From positions 32,001 to 96,000 of the IMG/VR virus record IMGVR_UViG_3300026320_000001: 64,000 bases of DNA; one strand, written 5' to 3'. Below, piece by piece: positions 43,527 to 53,333 of the stretch (positions within the stretch are counted from its first letter, which is position 1; each line of letters opens with the position of its first letter). Position numbers and translations under genes: made by a program. Below the pieces are notes generated by a model, which was not told the DNA's origin, ran no database searches, and worked only from the letters and a program-made list of their open reading frames with translations. Source of the DNA: a virus.

Positions 43527-43576
43527 TGGGGAAAAATTGATAAAATAGTTCTTTTATTAATAGAAGGAAAAAATTA

Positions 43577-44050
43577 ATGTACAATTATTTAATTGATAGA
43601 TATGGAAAAATTTGTTTGGAATTGGCAAAACAATGTAAATCTGATGTGGGATTTGGTTCTGTGCTTGTAAAAAATAATAAGATATTAGGACAAGGTAGAA
43701 ATAGACTTTCAACAGCAGAAGAACGGAAATTGTTATCACATGTTGATTATGCTATTCATGCAGAACAAGCGGCAATCCTTGATGCAATAAAAAATGGATA
43801 CAATATTTCTAATGCAAAAGTATATGTTTTAGGGTTGGCATTGCGTGGAAAAAATAAAGGAAATTTAACAATAAGAACAGAACGTGTTTTTATTTGTCAC
43901 AAATGCCCTCATGCTTTTATAAAACATAATGTATCAGTTAATATACCTCATGTAAATGGATGGATGAATATCTCAAAAGAAGAATCATTGATAATTGGAA
44001 AACAATTATCTCAAAAAGGATATTGGAAAGATTTTGTAAATAAAAATTGA
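43577..44050 (+). CDS. Zinc-dependent cytidine/dCMP deaminase-like protein
   Basis: HAEQAAI ... C..C motif. Confidence 0.75.
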   Translation: MYNYLIDRYGKICLELAKQCKSDVGFGSVLVKNNKILGQGRNRLSTAEERKLLSHVDYAIHAEQAAILDAIKNGYNISNAKVYVLGLALRGKNKGNLTIRTERVFICHKCPHAFIKHNVSVNIPHVNGWMNISKEESLIIGKQLSQKGYWKDFVNKN

Positions 44051-44059
44051 CACAGGAGA

Positions 44060-45709
44060 ATGATGATTAAGTTTTTGGCAAGTATTTTATTTGTAATTAG
44101 ATTTTTTAAAAAGAATAAAAAAGTATCACAATATTTAATAACAACACTTGTATTATTTTCTATATTTTATTTTTTCAATTCAGATATGGCTATCACAATG
44201 ATTTCCTTAATTCTGAGATTGGGATTTTCTGCATTATTATTAATATCTCAGTTTGCATTTTTATTTATGTTTATGGCTCGTTCAAAAACAATTACAATTA
44301 TTCCGGGAGATAAAAATCAATTAACATTGAATGATTATAAAGGCCAAGATATTCTTGTCGAAAATATGAGACAATGGATAAAAACGCTTCGAGGAGACAA
44401 AAAATTTCAAGAAATGGGCGGTGAACCACCAAGAGGATTATTGCTCGTTGGAAGAGCGGGAACTGGCAAGACTCAGTTGTTAAAGTGTTTAAGTGGTGAA
44501 GCAGGGATTGCAATGCACGCAATTGAAGGAAGTGGATTTAAGGCAATGTTTTGGGGAATTGATATTTTAAAGATGAATCAATTTGTTAACAAAGCAAGAA
44601 ATCTTGCATTAGAATATGGTAGTGCAATCTGTTATATTGATGAAATTGATGCTGTAGCTTCTTCTAGAGGGGGAGTTATGGGAGGACAAAATCAACCAGC
44701 CGGAATGATGGGCATAGGTGGAGGTTCTCTATCAACATTATTAACTCAAATGGATGGTCTTTCAGAAGAACGCGAATTTATTAAATGCCAAAATATTATT
44801 AGAAAATTGTTTGGTATGAAATCAATAAATGAAGGATATGTAATGTTTGTTGGTGCAACAAATAGACCTGATGTTCTTGACCCTGCAATTGTCAGAGCCG
44901 GAAGATTAGATAAAACAATTACTGTTGAACCACCAGACGCAAAAGGAAGAAAAGAAATATTTGAATATTACTTGAATAAAATCAAACATGATGATATAAA
45001 TGTTGATAGTGTTGTTGCATTTTCTCATGGAATAACTCCGGCAGAAATTGCAATGTCTGTTCAAAGAGACAGCGTTAGAAATGCAAGATTTGCAAATAGA
45101 AATTCTGTAACACAAGAAGATTTAGAGTGGGCATTAGTAGAAGAACGTGCTGGATTTTCAAATCCAATTGATAACATGCCAATAGAACAACAAAAACAAG
45201 TATGTATTCATGAAAGTGGACATGCTGTTGCATTATATCATCTTAGAAAAGATAGATTAATTAGTTTTGTTTCTACCGTTAGAAGAGGTTCAGCTTTGGG
45301 AATGGTTATTCCTGTTGATACAGAAACTAATTATGCAATTCCTTTAAAAAGCTTTATTGCAGATATTAGAATTTCTATGGCTGGAGATAAGGCAACAGAA
45401 GTTCTTCTCGGAGAACGTTGGACTGGTGCTAGGGGAGATATTGAACATATTAAAAATTATGTTTCTTACTTGGTTCATCATGGAGTTTTTGGTCAAATAC
45501 CATTTGGAAATAGTGAAAGTATTATGAATAATGAACAAGTACAAAAATGGATAATCTCACAATGGGAAGCAACACAAGAATTCTGTGAAAATCATATTGA
45601 TGAAATTAGAGTTTTATCAGACGTTCTAATGGAAAAGAAAGAACTTCCCGGTAGAGAAGCAATTAAAATTATTGAAAGTGTTATAGGAGAAAGAAAAAAT
45701 GAATCGTGA
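44060..45709 (+). CDS. FtsH-like membrane AAA+ metalloprotease
   Basis: N-terminal TM helices; GRAGTGKT, IDEIDA, ATNRPD.LDPA..R.GR and HESGH. Confidence 0.88.
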   Translation: MMIKFLASILFVIRFFKKNKKVSQYLITTLVLFSIFYFFNSDMAITMISLILRLGFSALLLISQFAFLFMFMARSKTITIIPGDKNQLTLNDYKGQDILVENMRQWIKTLRGDKKFQEMGGEPPRGLLLVGRAGTGKTQLLKCLSGEAGIAMHAIEGSGFKAMFWGIDILKMNQFVNKARNLALEYGSAICYIDEIDAVASSRGGVMGGQNQPAGMMGIGGGSLSTLLTQMDGLSEEREFIKCQNIIRKLFGMKSINEGYVMFVGATNRPDVLDPAIVRAGRLDKTITVEPPDAKGRKEIFEYYLNKIKHDDINVDSVVAFSHGITPAEIAMSVQRDSVRNARFANRNSVTQEDLEWALVEERAGFSNPIDNMPIEQQKQVCIHESGHAVALYHLRKDRLISFVSTVRRGSALGMVIPVDTETNYAIPLKSFIADIRISMAGDKATEVLLGERWTGARGDIEHIKNYVSYLVHHGVFGQIPFGNSESIMNNEQVQKWIISQWEATQEFCENHIDEIRVLSDVLMEKKELPGREAIKIIESVIGERKNES

Positions 45710-46802
45710 CAATATTATAAAATATGAAACTTATTTATTGATTATTTCAGTTATTATTGGGTTTTCACATTTACCTCCAATTAAAAAATTAATTGATAAT
45801 AAAAGACAGGAAATAAAACAATCTTATGTGGAAAATAGAATCATAGATTGCTTTAATCAAAAACAAACTAAAACATATAACTATTCAATTGGTGTAAAAT
45901 ATGATGAAAAATTATCTTATACATATATTTATATTGTCGTAAATCATGATGAAGTTAAAAGAGAAGTATTAAGAAATTATTCTATTGCTTTAGCTTGTGT
46001 TGTAAAATATACGGACAATGTAAAAACAATTGCTGTTATTGACCATTATTTTTTTCCTTTCTATAATATTGAAACAAATCAAGTAAGTTATGAATTACGT
46101 GTATTTGGAATATTGAAAGTTGATAACATTCAATCTGCGAATAATTTTATAGATGCATTTGCAAAAAAGGATGTTGTATTAAAAGATGACCCAAATATTG
46201 CATTTTTAAATTTTTATACTTTTGAAAATTATTTTGGAATTCAATTGGCTGACCTTAGATTTATTAATCATTCTCTTATAATGAATGCTTTGAAAAAAGT
46301 TATTTCACAATATGGTGCAAATAGCGCAAGAGGATTATAATGAATATTATAAAAATTATTATTTGTTTATTATTTCATTGGATGCCCAAAGAAGGATATT
46401 ATATTAAAGATGGATATGGATATAATTATCCACAATATCATTGGGGTTGTAAATTTTGTGATAGAACATGGACAACTGAAAATTTTAGATAATTTATAAA
46501 AAAGGATAATGAAATATTTAAAAATACTTGGAAGAGATTTAATAATTTTATTTACTTTCTTTTTGAAATTGATTTCATATGGTGGAATACTTTTTTTTGG
46601 ATTTTTCTTGATTATGGATATTCCAATTAAATTTGCAATGGAAAATCCAAATGAATTTTTTACTATTGTATTCTATATTGAAAATGTCATTCTTATTTCT
46701 TTACTTTTATTTTTTCCTGTATTGACTATAAAATTATATATTGAAGATGTAAAAGAAAGAGCAAACGAAGAATAATTGTTTTGCACAATACAAAAGGATA
46801 TA

Positions 46803-47435
46803 ATGATAACAACAGATAATTATAAAACACTTGATGATGCTTATTCATATTTTAATAAAAAATTATTTGATGATAAATTACCAGATTGTATTATAACATT
46901 TCAAAGACAATCTAGAACATTGGGATATTATCATCATGAAAAATTTGAAGAACGTGATGCCAAAAATAAAATCAGTGAAATAGCATTAAATCCAGACCAT
47001 TTTAAAGAACAAACTGATATGGATATATTAGATACTCTAGTTCACGAAATGGTTCATTTACTTCAATGGTATTTTGGAGAACCATCAAGAAAAGGTTATC
47101 ATAATAAAGAATGGGGGACTATGATGAAATCTATTGGCTTATATCCTTCATCAACTGGTGAACCCGGCGGAAAAGAAACTGGTCAAACTGTAAGTGATTA
47201 TGTTATTTCAGGTGGAAAATTTGAAATTGTTTGTGGTGCTTTTCTATTGAAAAATAGTTTGAAATGGAATAGTTTACCCGTTGTTAAAGTTTTGAAAGAT
47301 GAAGTTAAAAATAAAACGAGAGAAAAATATTGCTGTCCTAAATGCTTTTTAAATGTTTGGGGTAAGAAAAATATAAAAATAATTTGTGGAGAGTGTAAAA
47401 TAAAAATGGAAATAGAAAAAGAAAATGATTGGTGA
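46803..47435 (+). CDS. SprT-like zinc metalloprotease
   Basis: TLVHEMVH...GYHNKEW; C-terminal C..C...C..C. Confidence 0.8.
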   Translation: MITTDNYKTLDDAYSYFNKKLFDDKLPDCIITFQRQSRTLGYYHHEKFEERDAKNKISEIALNPDHFKEQTDMDILDTLVHEMVHLLQWYFGEPSRKGYHNKEWGTMMKSIGLYPSSTGEPGGKETGQTVSDYVISGGKFEIVCGAFLLKNSLKWNSLPVVKVLKDEVKNKTREKYCCPKCFLNVWGKKNIKIICGECKIKMEIEKENDW

Positions 47436-48114
47436 ACTTAGCAGAAATTCTGGAATATACTGTTTTGAAAATATAATTAATGGAAAAAAATATATAGGAA
47501 AATCAATAAATATTAAACAAAGAGTAAATTTTCACATTAGAGAGTTAAATAAAAATTCTGACTCATGTTCCTATCTTCAAAATGCATGGAACAAATATGA
47601 CGAAAATAGTTTTTTAATATATGTAATAAAACTATGTAAAGAAGAAGATTTAATAAAAAAAGAAATTTTTTATATTAAAAAATTCAATACCAAAAGACCT
47701 AATGGATATAATTTAACAGATGGAGGAGAAGGTGTTGCAGGATTAGTTTTTAGCGAAGAAAGAAAAAAATTAATGTCTGGAAAAAATCATCCTAAATATG
47801 GAACACACCATTCCGAAGAAACAAAACTGAAAATAGGAAAAGCCCAATCAAGATTTAAAAGTTATATTTTTGGTAAAAAGAGAAAAAATAGTAAATCAAA
47901 ATATTTTGGTGTAAGATACTCAAAAGTTAACGGAATAATTTATTGGCGAGCGCAAATTAGAGAAAATAAAAAAACAATTGGTATTGGAAATTTTAAAAAA
48001 CAAATTCATGCCGCACGAGCATATGACAAATATGTGGTTGATAATAATTTACCAAGACCTCTGAATTTTCCAAAAGATTATAAAAATTTCATAATTGAAA
48101 AGGATGATGAATAA
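47425..48114 (+). CDS. GIY-YIG homing endonuclease with NUMOD3 and AP2 domains
   Basis: SGIY...KYIG, GYN...GG, HSEETK.KI and SKYFGV...AARAYD. Confidence 0.88.
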   Translation: MIGELSRNSGIYCFENIINGKKYIGKSINIKQRVNFHIRELNKNSDSCSYLQNAWNKYDENSFLIYVIKLCKEEDLIKKEIFYIKKFNTKRPNGYNLTDGGEGVAGLVFSEERKKLMSGKNHPKYGTHHSEETKLKIGKAQSRFKSYIFGKKRKNSKSKYFGVRYSKVNGIIYWRAQIRENKKTIGIGNFKKQIHAARAYDKYVVDNNLPRPLNFPKDYKNFIIEKDDE

Positions 48115-48486
48115 TGAATAAATGCATACTTTGTACATTTTTTAAAATGATTTGGCAAGGTTTGAGAGATAATACCTGCCCAAGCATTGATAAGAAAAAA
48201 GAAGAAAAGAAAACACCAACCTTAAAGATTGTTAGAGAATATTTTTTCGCTATTGTTTTCGGTATTATTTTAACTTTTTTGCTTTGGGGTGTCGGATATT
48301 TGATTTTATGGGTCATAGCATTATTATTAAATGTAACAATTGGCACTATATTGTCTTGGTTAGGGATTTTTATTTTTCTTCCAGTCGGTTTAATTGTGTT
48401 GGTGATTCTCATAGTAGAATTTGCTAAAATTAGAATTGCTTGCATCAAGGCATATTGGCGAAAAGCCAAAGAAGAATGTGAATAAA

Positions 48487-48717
48487 ATGTATCTTGATTG
48501 GATTCTAAGTATATTAACAATTGCAATGAATATAATGTTGGGAAAGAAAATTAAATGGGGGTGGATTATCATGTTTATTTTAAGTTTATTGTGGATATAT
48601 TATGCATTATCTTTAAATCCTCCACAATATGGTTTACTTCCAGCAATCATTGCAAACCTAATTATTTCTGTTCCTAGTGCAATCAAATGGTTTAAGGAAG
48701 ATAAAGCGAATCAATAA
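48487..48717 (+). CDS. Small PnuC-like membrane protein
   Basis: Three hydrophobic segments, K..WGW motif, terminal KW. Confidence 0.4.
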   Translation: MYLDWILSILTIAMNIMLGKKIKWGWIIMFILSLLWIYYALSLNPPQYGLLPAIIANLIISVPSAIKWFKEDKANQ

Positions 48718-49272
48718 AATTTCACTTTTATCAATATAGAGGCAATAATGTTTACTAAAAGAAAATCAGAATTAGAATTTGGAATTAGTGCTGGAAAAAA
48801 TGTTTATAATGCAGAATTAAAAAGTAACGGTGTTAAAAAAATAATATTACAATGGATTGAGGGAAGAGAATCTATTTATATTAAATTTGCTGATATTTTT
48901 GGTTATAAAGAAATGTGGGGAGTGTTTGGTATTGATGAGTTTATTGTAATGGCAGAAGAATTAAAAAAATTAAAAGAAGAAAATAAAGGAAAATAATTAT
49001 GGATGAATTTATTGCTGGAATAATTGTCGGATTACTTGTTGCATATCTTATTTGCATTGTCATAGTGTGGAGTTAATTATGAATAACGAAGATGATTTAA
49101 TAGTATCAAATAATGAAAACAAAGAAAATAAGATAAGAGTATTTCCACAAATTAAAAAAATGATTCGTAGAGAATTATTGAATGAATTGATAGTTGTATT
49201 TTCAGATATAAATACTGATTGGTCAACCAATGACTTGATTAATTTCTTAACTTCTTATGATGAGAAATAAAA

Positions 49273-49479
49273 ATGTACATAGAAAATGTAATTGAAGAAT
49301 TGAGAGTTGGCGGGAAAATAAGAAGAACCATGTGGTTAGAAGATGCCCATATAAAAATTATTATTTTGAATGGTGATTTTTCTTCTGACATATTGATGTA
49401 TCATAAACGTGATGAATCTTTTTATGATTTTTCTACAGAAGATTTATTAGCAAATGATTGGGAAATTTATCGTAAATAA
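49273..49479 (+). CDS. DUF2829 / Tad2-like anti-defence sponge protein
   Basis: E.LR.G.KIRR..W ... S.EDLLANDWEI signature. Confidence 0.65.
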   Translation: MYIENVIEELRVGGKIRRTMWLEDAHIKIIILNGDFSSDILMYHKRDESFYDFSTEDLLANDWEIYRK

Positions 49480-50338
49480 AAGGAGTAAAATTATGTTTAA
49501 TAAAAATAAAAAAGAACAAAAACCAGTAGAAAAAAAGTTATCGGATTTTGATGAAAAAACTTTGAATGATATGAGAGATAAAACGACAAAGCAAGTAGAA
49601 GAATTGACAAAAATTGATGACATCATTAAGCCAGTATGTAAACAATGCGGTGGATTATTGCATGAATTAAATCCCAAAATAAAAATGGAAGATTTGATTT
49701 TGAATGAATGTTCTAGCTGTGGAGAAAGAGAATATTTAAAGGTGTTGAATTAATGAAAAAGGTTACAATTTATTCAAATGAAGATAATTTATATATTTCC
49801 AGATATAAATATGATGAACTTTATTATACTGTTCTTGTGAAAGATTATGATTTGGCAACAGATTTTAAAAATTATGGACTTTTAAAATATTGGTTTATTT
49901 GGAGATTTAATAAAAAATATAATTTAAAATTTAGAATAAGAAATTTTGAATTTTTATCATGGCACATAGAAGATAATTTGCAATGGAATATGAATAATTG
50001 GTGGAAAAATATTATATTAATTTGGAATGAAATCAAACATGAATTCAAAAAAGAAATGAAAAGGATTAAGAATGAACAAACCAATTAAAGTTTGGCATTT
50101 TATGAAAGAATTTGCGGAAGCACTAGAAGAACAATTGAGAAGTGATGATTTAAGATGGGGAGATACTTGGTTAGATAGAACAATAACTGGACAAACAGAA
50201 AGAACAGAAATTGAATTCATGAAATATTTTGACCAATATAAACATGTTGGTAAAGATGTTAATTGGCTTGCTGTTGCCGGAAATGCAATGATTTGTTGGA
50301 TAAGAACAAAGCACCCTGAAATGTTTAAACCATAACCT

Positions 50339-51022
50339 ATGATTTCATATTATGGGTCTAAAAGCAAAGTAATTAAATATTATCCAAAACCAATACATGA
50401 TTTGATAATTGAACCATTTGCAGGAAGTGCCAGATATGCATTAGAATATTTTGAAAAAGATGTAATACTTATTGAAAAATATGAGACACTTTATAAAATA
50501 TGGAAATATCTTCAACAATGTTCACCTAAAGATATTCTTGGTCTTCCTAAAATGAAATCTGGTGAAACAACAGATGATTATAATTTTGATTGTATTGAAG
50601 CAAAATGGCTTATGGGATTCATGGTTCAACAGGGAGTTAATGCACCTCGAAAGACTGTTTCAAAAGTTGGTAATTTTGGCAAATGTATAGAGCGTGATAA
50701 AATGCGAATTTCATCAAGTCTTTATAAAATCAAGCATTGGGATATAAGACTCGGTGATTATAGAGATTTGAAAAATAAAAAGGCCACATGGTTTATTGAC
50801 CCTCCTTATCAATATGGGGGAGAATATTATCATTCAAGTGTTAATAATTCTCATTTAGATTTCAAAGAATTGTCAAAATGGTGCAAAAAAAGAAGGGGGC
50901 AAACGATAGTCTGTGAGAATACAAAAGCTAATTGGATGAATTTTAAACCATTAAAAGAAATGCATGGAAGTAAAAATACAACCACTGAAGCAATATGGTA
51001 TAAGGAAAATAATGGAATTTAA
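50339..51022 (+). CDS. DNA adenine methyltransferase (Dam/D12 class)
   Basis: YYGSK, EPFAGS and DPPY motifs. Confidence 0.85.
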   Translation: MISYYGSKSKVIKYYPKPIHDLIIEPFAGSARYALEYFEKDVILIEKYETLYKIWKYLQQCSPKDILGLPKMKSGETTDDYNFDCIEAKWLMGFMVQQGVNAPRKTVSKVGNFGKCIERDKMRISSSLYKIKHWDIRLGDYRDLKNKKATWFIDPPYQYGGEYYHSSVNNSHLDFKELSKWCKKRRGQTIVCENTKANWMNFKPLKEMHGSKNTTTEAIWYKENNGI

Positions 51023-51215
51023 AGAATTTAAATTATTTGATGAAACTTATTATTTATGTAATGGATTGATATATTCCAAGAATGGAAGCAATGTGAATGA
51101 TACTTATCATGTTGTTGACAGTCAAAAACTTGCTTTTATAATAATAAAAATATATGGAATTATGACTGGAGAAAGTCTACATATTCCTCCAGCTAATCCA
51201 TAATATTTTTGGGTC

Positions 51216-51244
51216 TTGACAAAATCCAAATAATGTGATACAAT
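51216..51244 (+). promoter_or_regulatory. Sigma70 promoter (extended -10)
   Basis: TTGACA-17bp-TACAAT with TG. Confidence 0.75.
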
Positions 51245-51269
51245 TCTATCTTACTTAAAAAGGATAAAT

Positions 51270-51869
51270 ATGCCAGCAAAAACAAAAAAATATAAGATTA
51301 TATTGGCAGACCCGGCTTGGACTTTCAAAACCTACTCTCTTAAAGGTAAAGAAAAAAAATCAGCAGAAAATCATTATGATTGTATGACTATTGAAGATAT
51401 TTATAATCTTCCAGTACAAAATATATCTGATGATGATTGTGTTTTATTTTTATGGGTGACTTCACCTATGTTACGAGAAGGTTTAGAAACAATGAAACAA
51501 TGGAGTTTTACCTATAAAACAATTGGTTTTAATTGGGTTAAGAGAAATAAAATTGCAGATAGTTGGTTTTGGGGATTAGGATATTGGACTCGTCAAAATT
51601 CAGAATTATGTTTGATTGGAACAAAAGGAAAGCCAACAAGAATTTCTAAAGGTGTTCAACAACCTTTTGATACCGATAATCCCTTTGTTTTTTATGATAC
51701 AGAAACAATCACAGATAGAATCGCCCGTCATAGTCAAAAACCAGCAATTGTAAGAGATAGAATTGTTGATTTAATGGGGGATATTTCTAGAATAGAATTA
51801 TTCGCTAGAGATAAAACTAAAGGTTGGGATGTTTGGGGAAATGAAGTAAAATCTGATATTAAATTATAG
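51270..51869 (+). CDS. MT-A70 family adenine methyltransferase
   Basis: ADPAW, LFLWVT, GYWTR.NSE, HSQKP, ELFAR and GW..WGNE. Confidence 0.9.
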   Translation: MPAKTKKYKIILADPAWTFKTYSLKGKEKKSAENHYDCMTIEDIYNLPVQNISDDDCVLFLWVTSPMLREGLETMKQWSFTYKTIGFNWVKRNKIADSWFWGLGYWTRQNSELCLIGTKGKPTRISKGVQQPFDTDNPFVFYDTETITDRIARHSQKPAIVRDRIVDLMGDISRIELFARDKTKGWDVWGNEVKSDIKL

Positions 51870-52095
51870 GAAAATAATATGGATACAACACTCATTGATA
51901 AGATATTTCCAAATGGCGTAAAAGAAGATGATACAAAAGTTATTGCTGATGTTATTATATTTGCCATAAAAAATAGAGATTCAAGCGCATGGGAAAAAGC
52001 TGGTTTGATGCTTATTGATAAACAAATAATTGATTGGGGAAAACATTGTATCAACATTGCCCATAGATTAGATAAGCAAAAGGAAAAAATTAAAA

Positions 52096-52296
52096 ATGCC
52101 ACTGTATGATTATTTTTGCGATTCATGTGAAAATGAATTTGAAGAAAAAATTTCATATGAAGAAATAGACAATAAAAAAATTAAATGTCCAAAATGTAAA
52201 AGTCAAAAAACAAAGAGAATTATTAATGCGAAACCATTTGTTCGTTATATTGGAGATGGTTGGACACAAGGAATTGATAGGTTGACTGATGAATAA
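52096..52296 (+). CDS. FmdB-family zinc ribbon protein
   Basis: MPLYDY.C..C...FE...CPKC...G.GW. Confidence 0.85.
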   Translation: MPLYDYFCDSCENEFEEKISYEEIDNKKIKCPKCKSQKTKRIINAKPFVRYIGDGWTQGIDRLTDE

Positions 52297-52852
52297 TCAA
52301 AAAATATTTGCTAGTGATATTGATGATGTCTTATTGAAATTAATACCTCATTGTTTAGATAAATATAATTTAAATTGGAATGATAATTTAAAAGAAGAAG
52401 ATATTACAGATTGGGCAATTTCTAGTTTTGTTAAACCTGAATGTGGAGAAAAATTTTTTAATTATTTTTCACCAGAAATTTATGATGATATTGATGTAGT
52501 TGAAAATTCATTGTGGGGAATTAATTGTTTAAGAACTCTCGGATATAGGGTTGTCTTTCTAACATCCAATGCTTTTTCTATCGGAAATATAAAGTTAAAT
52601 GCTCTAAATATTAGAGGATTTAATATTGATGAAAAAGATTATTTTGAAACTAGTGATAAATCCATTGATGGTTCACCAATAAAATATGATTGGTTATTAG
52701 ATGATAATATGGATAATATTTTATCAGCACAGGAAAAAGGAATATTATTCACAAGAGCATGGAATAAAAAATATGATTATCAACCTCGTGTTAATGAATG
52801 GATAGAATTAATTGAAAATTTAGAAAATATAACAAATAGGATTCTTGTATGA
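52289..52852 (+). CDS. HAD-family 5'(3')-deoxyribonucleotidase
   Basis: DIDDVL, LTS, K, LLDDN and WN motifs. Confidence 0.8.
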   Translation: MNNQKIFASDIDDVLLKLIPHCLDKYNLNWNDNLKEEDITDWAISSFVKPECGEKFFNYFSPEIYDDIDVVENSLWGINCLRTLGYRVVFLTSNAFSIGNIKLNALNIRGFNIDEKDYFETSDKSIDGSPIKYDWLLDDNMDNILSAQEKGILFTRAWNKKYDYQPRVNEWIELIENLENITNRILV

Positions 52853-53235
52853 CAAAAGATATAAAATTAAAAGATTCTGGAGAAAGAAGTTCATATAGTT
52901 CTGGTGCGGTTAGAGATAATTCTGAAGGAAAAGGAAGATTTGATTTAATACCGTATCAGGGAATGATTAGATTGGCTAGGCATTATGAAGCTGGTGCAAA
53001 GAAATATTCTGATAGAAATTGGGAAAAGGGAATGAATATTTCAAGATATGTTGATGCCGCATTAAGACATCTTTTTAAATATGTCGCCGGTTGGAATGAT
53101 GAAGACCATTTGGCCGCTGTAGCATGGAATGTGTTTAGTATAATGCATCACGAGCATTCATTACCAGAATTCCAAGATTTACCAATTTGGAAAGATAGAA
53201 AATCAAATTGGATTGTTGATGAAACAATTGAATAA
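52849..53235 (+). CDS. dATP/dGTP diphosphohydrolase-domain protein (DUF5664-like)
   Basis: GAVRD..GK.RFDLIP...GAKKY..RNWEKG...RH...HLAA..WN. Confidence 0.8.
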   Translation: MTKDIKLKDSGERSSYSSGAVRDNSEGKGRFDLIPYQGMIRLARHYEAGAKKYSDRNWEKGMNISRYVDAALRHLFKYVAGWNDEDHLAAVAWNVFSIMHHEHSLPEFQDLPIWKDRKSNWIVDETIE

Positions 53236-53239
53236 ATAT

Positions 53240-53277
53240 AAATAATAATCCGAAGAAATTTGGATTATTATTTTTTC
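53240..53277 (+). terminator. Intrinsic terminator-like hairpin
   Basis: aataataatccgaa-GAAA-tttggattattatt plus U tract. Confidence 0.6.
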
Positions 53278-53333
53278 TTAAATTTCAATAGAAGGGAGAT
53301 TGTTTGTAAAAAATAAAAATTTATGGAGGCTAT

